A stretch of 57,368 bases of DNA, taken from the NCBI GenBank assembly GCA_023231475.1, contig JALJEE010000735.1:124001-181368 (forward strand), written 5' to 3'. Both the position numbers and the translations under genes were made by a program. This document shows positions 40,646 to 53,276 of this stretch, one piece after another. The notes beneath the pieces are model-generated. The model saw nothing but the letters and a program-made list of their open reading frames with translations, was not told the DNA's origin and ran no database searches. Origin of the DNA: Seison nebaliae. Taxonomy: Eukaryota. Numbering within the stretch: position 1 is the stretch's first letter; every line of letters starts with the position of its first letter.

Positions 40646-42688
40646 CTAGAAATATTTTTCATGACCGCTATTATTTCTCCTAGAATTAGAATAAGAACAT
40701 GAAATTTTCAATGATTTCACTAACTTATAAAAATAGACGGCTCCAACTACCAACATGCATTGGAATACCATGAAAATAATAAAAATATTTCCTGATGATG
40801 ATTCACCAGATTTCTATTGGAATTCATAAAATATAATTTAATTAAAAAAAAAAGAACTTTCATTTGTTTCTTCATTTCTCTAATGATATTATGCTCTAGA
40901 TCATTTATGTAACGTGCGAATGTCGCTTTATCGATTAAATTATTGTCAATTTTTTGATTTTTTCCCAAAACTATTTCATTCACTTTATTCTGCACATTCA
41001 TTAAAATATTCATTAAATCTCCAGTTTTCTTTATAATTTCCATTTGCAATCCTTGTTGTTGTTGATTATTCAATTGAGCATTTGCTTGATTACCACTTGG
41101 AGGATTAGTTACCATCTAAATGAAAGAAAAAAAAGATGATTCATCAAATCTTATTGAGAATTGAACTTCATTTATCATTTTATTGGAATTAAGTTGTTGT
41201 CCTAATAATTGATCCGTCTTTTGAGATAATTGGAATATGATTTGACGAATTGCATTCTGTCCATCTAATAACATTTTACCCTCTTGATTATATAAACTCT
41301 GATATTCCACATTATCATTCGGATCGCTAGAAATTTATATAAAAAATTTCAAAAACAATTTAGAAACTTTTTTTTATCTTTCTCCAATTCAGCAACACGA
41401 CTCTTATACTCATCAATTAATTTCTCGTCTTCTGCTGATAACTGATTGGCTTGAGGTGTATCTAGAAAGAAATATGAAAGTTAATATGAAAATTTGATGG
41501 TGGAACCTGAATGGTATGAATGAGTGATGAAAGAGAGAACATCTTGATCATCAGCTAATCCACCTGTAGCAGCTGAAACGCCAAAGAAACCTTGTTCTGG
41601 TAATTGAACATTGATCACTTTATGAAAAATAAATGAGAGAAAAAGTTGAGAAATGGAAATAAACATTTCGTACAAAATTCCCATTCTTCAATTCGTTGAG
41701 GTTTCGGAGCTGATCCTCCATAATACATTATTGTTAATTCATTCTTTCGATATGTCAATTTAAGACGAACTTCAAATAAAATTAATTTTATTAAAAAATA
41801 ATAATAAAAATTATAAACCAGGAAATGCTCGATTACGGAAATCTTTAACACATCCACTATTCTCTTGGAATGCACCATCTTCATGATGTTTATAACTCAT
41901 TGTTCCATTATTAATCATAACACTGATATAAGGATTATTATGTCTATCGTCATTATCGAATGAATCTAAAATTATTGCTAATCCAGTCCATAAATCATTC
42001 GAACCAAAAACATTTCCAATCGGACTCTTATCTTTCGTGTACCAGAAAGCCTTTTCAGAAGAGAAGTTTAGAATTAATTTGAAATTAAAATAATTGAATG
42101 AATAAATAAAATAGAGATGATAATATGTTGAACGAGTTTTTTCTGTAAAAATGAATGAAATATTTTCTTCAATAAATTCATTTTTTCTGGTAAAAGTTCA
42201 CAAAAGAAAAATGATTTTTGCAAATACTTTTATCGCTCCATTTAACAATGAACAAATGAAACATTTTAGAATGAAATTGCAATTAATGAACAAGATAAAA
42301 AAAAAAGAAAAATTGAACCATTCCATCAGCACCAACTCGACCACGACCTTGTATTCTCATAACTAATTCGATATCGAAATCGCCTAAAATATAAGGATGA
42401 TCATTCCAGACACTACCTCTCTGACTTTGTAATGAGGGCGTCAATCGGATTTGTTGATCGGAAGCGATAGCATCTAAAGAATAAATGAGATAAGAATCCG
42501 AAATTGGAACTTCCATGATATGTCCAGAAAGGAATTTTTCCTTCAGTCAATACTAAATGTGGTCCTTTGAAACTGTGTTTGTATTCGAATCGTTGACTTC
42601 CAGGACTGATATTTGGATTGGGAAAGATGGGACGGATAAATAGAGATAAAAGGAAAATGGAAAATTTCACAAGTAATTTCATTATCAT
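40646..42688 (-). CDS. LMAN1: ERGIC-53 / lectin mannose-binding 1; 10 exons (introns 42510-42474, 42318-42051, 41818-41770, 41664-41618, 41506-41462, 41367-41327, 41166-41116, 40857-40814, 40724-40680)
   Basis: Signal peptide, RFEYKHSFKGPHL, GRVGADGMAFWY, DSFDND, FGVSAATGGLADDQDV, coiled-coil stalk, TM segment and a tail ending EKYF. Confidence 0.92.
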
Positions 42689-43692
42689 TTTCCCTTATTG
42701 ACGTGGAATCATTCGATAAAATTAGAATAGAAAAATCCAATTGATAAATCGATGAAGAAATTAGTATGATCTGTTATTTAATTTTATAGAAAAATTTTTT
42801 TTTAAATTTTAAATTTATTCTCCAATTCGCCTAAATTCAAATATATTTTCTACTTCATTCAACTAAGAGAATTAAAAGAAGAAAAATCTACTTATATTAA
42901 TTGATGGAATATCATCATCATAAACATTCAGTTTCAATCTATTCGATAAGACAGAAAGAATGACGTTCCTCATACGTGGACATCTTTCGAATGTTATCTC
43001 TCTCATTCCAATTCATTCTCTTGCTATTTTTTATACTCTCGAAGAAACAGAGAGAGAATAATCTATAAAATTTCACTACAATTTCCAACATCTCTACACT
43101 TGTGTCATTTGATTATGTTGAATTAACGCGATCCTCATACAAAAGAAATTACAACGAACAAAACTCGTTTGTTTCAACAGACTATTAAAAAAATTTATGT
43201 TAGAATACAGAGAATTATAATTAAAAGAATTTCTCATATAAAACTACACTGTAAATTTTTCCGTTAGAATATCTTTCACATTAATATGAAAACCGTTTGA
43301 AAACAATCAAAGATGACTTGACAAAAGAATTTAAAGATGATAAAAAGTTAAATTATATTTTATTTTAGAAGAATTTAAGAGAATTTGAATTTTTTAACTT
43401 ATTAAGCTAAACGTTTAAATGTTTCAATATATTTCGTTCGATTTCATAGTTTAAGTCTATTTAACATTTTTATTTGAACTAATTCAAAATTTCGGATATT
43501 TGAAATTCTTGTAATTGCAGAAGATACACGAGATTTTATAAAATTTTATATAAGCCACATAGATTATCGATGAAATGATGTTGAGCTTAAAAGTTGAAAG
43601 AAAAATATTGGAAATTTTGTGAGATGATAGAATAGATGAAATTAGAGAGCAATTAAATGCATGACATACGTATGTCAGTCAATGTTGGCCGA

Positions 43693-43712
43693 AGAATATT
43701 CTCGAACATTCA
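43693..43712 (+). promoter_or_regulatory. Heat-shock element (4 alternating nGAAn units) upstream of cyclophilin
   Basis: aGAAt aTTCt cGAAc aTTCa, with TATAAATA at 43795-43802 and the ATG at 43892. Confidence 0.6.
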
Positions 43713-43891
43713 TTCTTGTGGTCATACTTTTATTTGAAACAGAGATTCGAAACATGTTATTCTGTTTCTACAGTTAATGTGAATTCGTGTTCTTTATAAA
43801 TATTTTTCTGTAAATTTTTCTTTCCTCATTTACTATATCTTCGATGGTTTATTTCAGTTCTAGATATTTTCTTAAGAAAGTTAGAGACATA

Positions 43892-44386
43892 ATGCCACGA
43901 ACTAAAGCTTTTTTCGATATTGGAGTTGATGGACAAAAGATCGGACGTATCAATTTCGAATTGTACGATGATATTGTACCAAAAACTGCAAAGAATTTCC
44001 GTGAATTGTGTACCGGATCTCAAGGATATGGATATGCCAACAGCTCATTCCATCGGGTCATTCCAGGATTTATGATTCAAGGTGGCGATTTCACTCGACA
44101 TAACGGCACTGGCGGAAAGAGTATTTATGGAGAGAAATTCGAAGATGAGAATTTCCAAAAGAAACATACCCGACCAGGTTTGTTATCGATGGCCAATTGT
44201 GGACCGAATACTAATGGATCACAATTCTTCATCACCACCGTTGTCACCAACTGGTTGGATGGGAAACATGTTGTTTTCGGTGAAGTTACCGATGGAATGG
44301 ATGTGGTAAAGAAGTTGGAATCGTTCGGATCCGGCAGTGGAAAGACATCCAAGAAATTGGGCATCTTAAACTGCGGTGCTGAATAA
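43892..44386 (+). CDS. PPIA: Cyclophilin A-type peptidyl-prolyl isomerase (intronless)
   Basis: [39 protein letters not shown] and [10 protein letters not shown]. Start placed at the ATG of [10 protein letters not shown]. Confidence 0.96.
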   Translation: MPRTKAFFDIGVDGQKIGRINFELYDDIVPKTAKNFRELCTGSQGYGYANSSFHRVIPGFMIQGGDFTRHNGTGGKSIYGEKFEDENFQKKHTRPGLLSMANCGPNTNGSQFFITTVVTNWLDGKHVVFGEVTDGMDVVKKLESFGSGSGKTSKKLGILNCGAE

Positions 44387-45139
44387 GAAATGTGTTTGTT
44401 CGTTGCGCTAAATTATGGGGAAAACTTTATGAAATTTAACAAAGATTAAAAATTGATGAGAAAAGATAATAAAATAAATTAATTTTCTTTATTTTCTAAT
44501 AAATTTTTGCTTATTAAATTTTATAAATTTCCTAATTATAAATTCCTTAAACTTTATCGAATTTCATTAATTCCAATTTTGTTCCGACATTTAACTTTTC
44601 TGAAGAATATATAAATTGTTAGAGGAATTGTTTTATAAGTAATCTATTTCGTTATGGAGAAGGAGTGTGATTAGTCATAATTATTAAACATTTTGATTTT
44701 TTTTGTTGTTGAGAAGATGTTAAATAAATAACTGGGAGTTATGGAAGCATAATGGCAAACGGAAAGGAGTAGACTAGTCTCTATTCGATTAATTTGGCGA
44801 ATGAGTAAAATGTAAACAAGAAAATATAGTTTGAAGTGTTTTCCGTTTAACTTTAAAGTAATTGTATTTGAATTGCGTCTTGTCAGTTCATAATAAATAG
44901 ATGAATTTCCTATGGAGCACAAGAGGAGTAGAAATGTTTTAATAAAACTTTATCAAGATGTTGTGATTGTTGTCAATGGAAACAATTATTCGACGATAAA
45001 GACGTTTCTTCAAAGGGAGAACACTATCCGCGAATTCTAATTCGATTACAAGAATACCGAAAATTATGAAGTTAAGGAAAGAATAATATTAGTAAGAACT
45101 GGGACATAATCGAAAGTTAATTGAGGGAAAGAGGGAAGA

Positions 45140-48100
45140 ATGACCAATATTTATACCGATTCTTCCCAACTAATTGATAATAGTTTCGATCAATTGAAAC
45201 AATTTCAACATGAGAAGAATTTCTTATTTGAAATTAAATCGTCGCAAATGGATGAGGTTATTAAGAGAAATAAGAATCGGATAACTACTCCATTGAAATC
45301 ATTGAGATATACATCAAACACGAGTCGACGAAGTTCAACATTTAGTCGACAATCGACTGATGATTTAAAGAAACGTCGGAAAAGTGGAAAAAGTTCTTCG
45401 TCCAAACACTTCACAAAGAAAAAATGTCAATTAAATACAGATAAACAATTGATCGATAAAGATGCATCGAAATATCTCATTATTTCATCATTGTCGTCTC
45501 CTCAATATCGGTTAAAGAAGCAACAGACGGAAAAGGAGAAATTGCCATTTTATCGATCGTCTCTTCAATTCGGCGTAGATGGTGGAAGGAGAACATTCTC
45601 AACGAATTTGTCCGTTTTCAAAAAAGAAAATCATAATAATCATCAACAAGGACAATCAGAATGTTCCAATAAACTTTTGTTACAATTACCATCATTGGGA
45701 ATCCATCGTCATATCTCAGAAATTGAAGTTAGGAAAAATAATTTTAAGAATATTACGGATAACGATGAAATACTTACAACCATTTTATTATCTAAATGTC
45801 AATTGATCACTAAATTAAATTTATCTTCAATCAATTTACAAGAGAGAATTAAACGAAAATCATTTGACATCTCCATAATATTCCAAATGAACTATTTGAA
45901 TTCATTAAATTTATCTAATAATAATTTAGATGAGAATATATTCGATTTTATCAACAAGAATCCGTTGCTGAATGTCGTAGAAATTTCGGAATTATCGTTG
46001 TCGAATAATTCATTTTGTCACTTACCAAATTGTTTCTCCAGTGGACGAATGCTCGTTTGTTTAAAACGAATCGATATCGATCATAATCGGTTGGTCAATC
46101 TAAAAGATTTTAATGAATATCGAACAATGAAAAGATTGAATTTGGATAATAATCGAATTTGTGGAGAAATTTTATTGAGTGAATGGAAGTTTGCAGAAAG
46201 TTTAGAAGAATTATATTTGAAAAATAATAATATATTATCAATTCATTTTATATGTTGTTTAAAAAATGTGCGAATATTTGATTTGTCATCAAATCAATTA
46301 ACATCCATCACATCCGATTATTTTAACTTAACCAATCTTCAAATGTTATTGTTGTCCAATAATCAATTAGTTTCTTTGCCCAATCTATCAATATCAGTCA
46401 AAAAAAGATTGAGACGGAAAAATATTCAAATTCAACAAATAACTAATGAATCTTCAGTTATGTCATTCGGTTCAACAACGACACAACTCTCAACATCTTC
46501 ACCAATTGACAATGATCAAAAATTAATTTATTTGTTGGATCTCTCAAACAATCGAATAACTCAATTTACCGATTATTTGTTCGATATCGCTTACCAATTA
46601 GATTTGAGTTGTAATTTTATTCAATATATACCCATCGAATATTTGAAGAGATATAACGATTCGTTAACTTATTCTTCATCCTATAAATCGCCATCTTCAC
46701 AATATGAACTTCGTTTACAACAACAATTGAAAAGTTTCCTTCATTCCAGTTTGCATTCACATATTTCTCTATATGAACATCTTCCCACATTCAATGAAAA
46801 GAAGAAAGAGAAGCAGAAACATCCAAATGATGATGAAGAAGATGAGGAAGAAGTGACTACTAAGAAGAATGGAAATGGTTATGGAGATGAATTGATAATC
46901 GATAATATCCAAGAGGAAGAATTGAAACATGAACAACAAAAAAAGAAAAAATTAATTCCAAAAATTTATCAAAGACATAAAATTATATCAAAATTTCTTG
47001 ATAATCAGCCAAATAAATTTTTTGACTTAACGGATAATCCATTGGAATCTCCACCAATTACCATATTCCAGGAAGGAGCATCAGCAATCAATCAATATTG
47101 TTATGATCAATCCAATACGATTGATGGATGTATGAAACAATCATTAAAATTATCATTAATTTCATCTAATAATGATGATGATGATTATCCATTTCAATTA
47201 GTCATGAAAATGATTAATCCATTATTAACATTAACTGATCTACCTTCAAATAGATCATCGAACTTTATCGAATTTCAACATCATGAACTTCTAATAGTTG
47301 ATACGGTAAAACATTTGAAAGAGAATATTAATATAAAACTTCTTCAATTTCCTTCAAGTCTCACTCAAAATGATAATGATTTTTCTATTTTAAACTCAAC
47401 AGTTATTGATCGTCATCAAATTATTTTATTTTCAATCTCAATCGATTCTTCTAAATTAAAAGATGAACAATCGTCATCTCATAAAGTCAAATGTTTCGAT
47501 TGTGAGCGAATGAATAAAGAAAAAGATAAATTCATCATTGAAGATTGTCGCTCGGAATATGTTCGATGGAAGAATGGTGATAATCAAAGAAAGAAATCTT
47601 GTAAGAAGGAGACGATTGAATTAAATGAAAATGAAATGAAAATCTACAATCAAATGAAAAGATCATTGGAAAGTTTCTTATTGAAATTATTTCCCGAATC
47701 CATCAGAAAATGTTCACCAAATCGTTTAAACTTATCAAAAATGAAGAAGATTTGTGAAGGAATTCGATTGAAATTAAATAAAAATGTAACAAAACATCAA
47801 AATTTAGTTAATGAATTTGAAAAAGAGAAAAAATATTTCGACTCCATTTTATTAGTACCATTCATTTCCAATGGTAATTCGTTGAAGACATTTAATGATC
47901 ATTTAACAACTTCTTTACAATTAATCAAATGTATTCGTTATCATTTCCACCAATATTTTATGGAACTGATCAATATGATCGAAGAGATTGAAATGAAATC
48001 AAATGTCTCTCAAAGCCAAAGTGAAAAGTTAAAGATTTATTATAGTCGTTTACAATTAGCTCCACAATTTTGCTATTGGCAAACAGAAGACAAACAATTT

Positions 48101-49688
48101 TTATTGAACTCTTTCAATTCAGTTTGTGGAATGGGTAATTGTCGAAAGAAGATTGAACGATCCATAATCCTGTTAGCCCATGAGAAGTTGGACGTGGGAT
48201 TTGGATCCATCAATCTTCCTTTACCTCATCTCTTTCGTGAAATGTCTTATTTTATCGATACGTTATTCATGAATCTTCCTCTTCCATATATATCCGTCGA
48301 AGATTTCGGCGAATTATTGATTGATGAATTTAATGTGAAATCCATTATTTACGATATCATTCGCTTCTTTCATGATGATGGTAAATTTTTTTGGTTGGCC
48401 GATAAATATTTCGGTGATTGTCGTCAATACATATTTACGCAACCTCAAATAATTTTTTCTTTATATACATCGCTTGCGAGACCAAAACAATTTTACGATT
48501 TGAATCAAAAGAAATTGTTTAATTTCAATGAAAAATTTTTGAAGTGTATTGACTCGAATTTGACTGCAATTTCATTGCAAATGCTTCAAACTTTCTGGAA
48601 CTTATACGTAGATAATTTAAATGAAACGATGATGAATGAATTAATTCATTTATTGATCAGATGTTTCTTAATAACTTATCCAATTATCGATACAGTTAAC
48701 GAATTGAAATATCGAGATCAGTTAATTCAACAATTGCCTTGGTTGAAGGAGAAAGAGAATGAATTGAGAAATAATGTTAATCAAATTTTATCCATCGATC
48801 TTCCACTTATCGATAAATGTCGACAAAAAAGTAGAATAAAAAAAATTGTCGTGTTATCCAATCTAACGTTGATAAAGTCAATAAATATTCTTTACAAGAA
48901 ATCGAATGTTAATATTGTAAAAAGTTCGTTCTTATAATTCTATTGTCATAATTTACCATTAATTTAGATGGGAGACAAATTGGTATGTGTTTTGAAAATT
49001 CTATGAGATTCCCTTATGAATTGTTCGATATGATAATTGTTTCTATTCTATTCTACACACCATTCGCTCTCACTTTACATCACAGAAATGGTGTAATCTT
49101 CCAATCAATATTTAACGAACCGAAATTAACGTTCATTTTTAAAAAGTATTCCATAAATTATAAGAAATTATTTAAATTTTTAGATTAATTTTGTTTTGTA
49201 CAGAAAATTTTATTGAAATTCATTTTATTGACATTCTACTCGATGGTAAAGAGGGAACCCGGAAATTATTTGAATATTTATGGCAACTCGCTCAAATGGT
49301 TTTAAAATGCATCGAAAATATATTTCGTTCATATCCTGGTTAGTTTCTCAAATGGTGTTAAAGATTCCAATGTGATTTAGGTTTCATTCTTCAAAGGAAA
49401 GTCAGATGTCCAGATTGTTATCGGTTCACTTTCCCTGGTGAATGGTTGAATCCGAAAGAGCTACAAGCTCAACAAACAACCGAATGCATAGAATGTCAGT
49501 CGATTATTAATACTGATTATCTAGTACAACCAAATGAAAATAAACGAAAAAGTTTGAAAAATATTTCTTTTGTTCTTCAGAACTTCGATTATTTTACAGA
49601 TCGTGAACTATTGTTACAATTACGAGAGAAGAAAAAACAAAGACAATTAAATCAAAAAATGAAAAAAGACAATCTCAAAGACGATTAA
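45140..49688 (+). CDS. LRR-ROC-COR (ROCO) protein, MFHAS1/MASL1-like, with a degenerate ROC domain; introns 48924-48967, 49131-49183, 49339-49380, optional 49552-49599
   Basis: LxxLxLxxN repeats and the LRR cap DNPLESPPITIFQEGASAINQY. COR-like IIRFFHDDGKFFWL...YIFTQPQ. C-terminal YPGFILQRKVRCPDC...FPGEWL resembles MFHAS1. Confidence 0.75.
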
Positions 49689-50993
49689 TCGAAAAATTTA
49701 ACATATAAATACGAATAAACTATATACAGTTACAAATAGATATTATAATAAATTATTATTTATTAAAATTCCCACTGGGATCAAATTAGAACAAACTGAA
49801 ATGTTATTGGTTGACAGACTCTGAATCAGTTGATAGAGTAAAAACCGGTTCCTATGAGAATATGAAATAATTTATAATATATTCCCTGATTTCGTGAATT
49901 CGATTTTTTCTCATTATCAGTTCTCTTATATTTCTCTTCCTTTTAAAATTATTCTTATTTTGAAGATGTCGGAATATCGAAGAAAATTCATCATACAGCT
50001 AGGTTTGTATTCCTGCGTTCATATGAATGTTTTTCAAATCATTTCGATATCGGAACATTTTTTATTCGTCAATTTTCTCTCACTAATTCCCATTTTCATG
50101 TTTAATTACCGATGAATAAATGAAGTTACCGATTCTAGTATCAATTCTATATTCAGTCAATCTATCAGATATTATGGTCTATCAAGTAATATACGTATCC
50201 CTTGTAAGTCATAAAGGAAATATATTTGATATAAATATACTATATAGGAAATAGTAGGTGAAGGAAGTAAATATTGTATTAGCTTATTATCAAATTCGTG
50301 TACATTCGAAATTGGAGATAACGTCAAAAATTTCCTAAGAAATACTATAATCGAAGTGGACGATATGATTTGAACAATCCAATTGTAAATTGAAGAACGG
50401 TGAGAGATAAAGATAAATAAAAAAATAAGATGAGAAACGTGAACAATTATTTGGACGGAGATACGGGGCGAAACAGAGGACATTATGAATGATAAAATAA
50501 ATTACGTCCATTTTTGTGTTTAAGATGTTGGATGAAGATCCTTAAATGACAAAGAAGCTTATTGGTAATCCAGAAAGTTGAGTATAATAACAGAAGAAAA
50601 TTTAACAAGATTAAATTATGTTCGATGTTAAACTAAATTTTTCTTCGAAATACTTCGCTAATGGAAATTGAATGAGTGGCTTCTGTTAAATTAATGGGAG
50701 TTAAATACGAATAATCTACTTGCATCATTCGTATTATCGATTAGACAACTGTTTAATTTTATCTTTATACAACAGAAATATATGCATAAAAGGGAAGAGT
50801 ATAATAATCATCATTACTCTTTAAACGATAACATCTTTTCATTATTTATCTGATTTGAACAAGTAGAAAATGGTATTTAAACAAAAAAGAATTCGACATA
50901 TGACGCCACCGAAATATGAATTTAGTGTTGGTATAAAAATTAATCAAATTCAAATTTTATCAATATCCGAAATTCGTTAACAAATTATTGAAA

Positions 50994-53072
50994 ATGAATG
51001 TTCTGTTTATTATTTTAATGTATTTCAAAATTTATTTAGAGTGCACAACAGTATCAACCGAAAGATGAGGCATATATCCCAAAGAAATTACATTCGATTC
51101 TTGACGAAACAGTCGAAATAGAAGAATCAAATAAGAAGAATAAGGACTTGGTTGAATCACAAGCAACTGATTTGACGAAACGTGAATTGTCCCATTCCAA
51201 AAATGAGCAATTAAGTCGTGTGCTCGTTTTGTATTGTGGAGGAACGATTGGTATGAGAGTGAATAAAGACAACGTTTATGAACCAGTCGGACAATATTTA
51301 CATAGTTTATTGAAAAATATGAATATTTTGAATGATACCAATTATCCTAAATCTCATGATAATGAATTTGTTTTGCCACCATTGAAAAACCATCAACGAT
51401 TAGCATATTATTTGATGGAATATGAACCGTTAATCGATTCGGCTAATATGACAATGGACGATTGGGTACGAATCGCTTTAGATATTAAAGATCAATATAG
51501 TGATTTTGATGGATTTGTTGTACTTCAAGGAACAGATACTTTAGCTTATACGGCGTCGGCCTTATCTTTCATGTGTGAAGATTTGGGGAAACCGATAATA
51601 GTAACTGGATCTCAGATACCTATAAGTGAATGTCGATCAGACGGTCGTGATAATTTGATGGGTGCATTAATATTCGCAGGATTTTATCAGTTACCTGAAG
51701 TGTGTGTTTATTTTCGTAATCGATTATTTCGAGGTAATCGTTGTGTGAAAGTTGATGCAAATTCATTGAAAGCTTTCGATTCTCCCAACTTCCCACAATT
51801 GGCATCTATGGGAACATTTATTCAAATTGCACGTCATCTTATTCGACGACGGAATACTGTTCAACCATTTGTCGTTCATACGAATATGAATAGAAATGTT
51901 GGAGTACTTCGATTATTTCCTGGAATTACCCAAGTATCAGTTAAATCGTTTTTAGCACCACCTATGCAAGGAGTTGTATTACAAAGTTTCGGAATGGGAA
52001 ATATTCCTTCACTTAATTCAGCTATTTTAAACGAATTAAAAAAAGCAACTGAACGTGATATTATTATTGTTAATACAACACAATGTCAACATGGTCGAGT
52101 TGAATCACTTTATGCAGCTGGTTCTGTTCTCAATAAAGCAGGAGTGATATGGGGAGGTGATATGAGTGTAGAAGCAGGACTCGCTAAATTGAGCTATGTT
52201 TTAGGGAAGAGTGAATGGTCGAAAGAAAAGAAACGAGCAATGATGGTGAAATCGTTGAGAGGAGAAGTGACCGAATCAATTGATAATGAATTAGATAATG
52301 AAGAAGAACATTATTCTTATCATCTCGAATCATCTCCCACCAAATATGTTATTGAAGATTTATTGGAAATTGAAACGGTTCGCAAATATATCGAATTGAT
52401 GAATAACGACGAGAAAAGTGTGATGAAGTCGATGGGTCATCTTCAGTTTCTTATTCCTTCAGCATTCGAACAAGCACTCGTTCAATCAGATATCGAACTT
52501 ATTGAAAAATTCGTACATTGTGGAGTTGATATTAATATGAAACTGATCGATGGTAAATATCCAATACATGTGGCAGTGATTCATGGAGAATTATCTGTTA
52601 TCAATTTTCTTCTTGATCATAAAGTTGATGTTGATGTCCATTGTTCAAGTTGTACGAAACCGTTATTATTAGCCGTGAAACTTCAACGACTAAGTGTCAT
52701 TAAACGGTTGATAGAACATGGTGCTACTTTGCCTTATTCCCAAATTCAAATTGGTGCACGTTTATGTCAGTTAGTTAATTATTTTAATGAATTCTCCTCA
52801 ATCTAATTAATTGTAGACATGCTGCTGAGAATAATGAACAACAATTAAATTCTCTATTGGCGGCTGAAGCGGATGTAAATACAAAAGACTATAGTGGATG
52901 TACTGCCATACATGCAGCCGTACTTCAAAATAATATAAAAATTGTTCAATTATTAGTGAAAAATAATTGTGATCTTAATTATTCTTTTAACGGATTGAAA
53001 CCATTGGAACTCGCCAAGAAACATTCATTTACTATAATTGTCGAATATTTGACTTCATTGAAGAAAAGTTAA
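50994..53072 (+). CDS. ASPG: L-asparaginase / 60-kDa lysophospholipase with C-terminal ankyrin repeats; exons 50994-50999, 51040-52769, 52817-53072
   Basis: YCGGTIGM, QGTDTLAY, TGSQIP, LFRGNRCVK and ankyrin repeats. Confidence 0.93.
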
Positions 53073-53276
53073 GACTTTTGATCAAAAAATTCATTTGGTA
53101 GAATGTGAAAGTAATTTATTTAATACTCATCCTTTTTTTATATTTGAATCAATTTTATATGATAGGATAGAGACAATTTATTTGAGAAAATAAAAAAATA
53201 AAAATTGACATTTATTTTAAAATAAACAAAAAGAAAATAATTGAAAGAATTATTTCTTTCTGAAATAATTGAAAAT

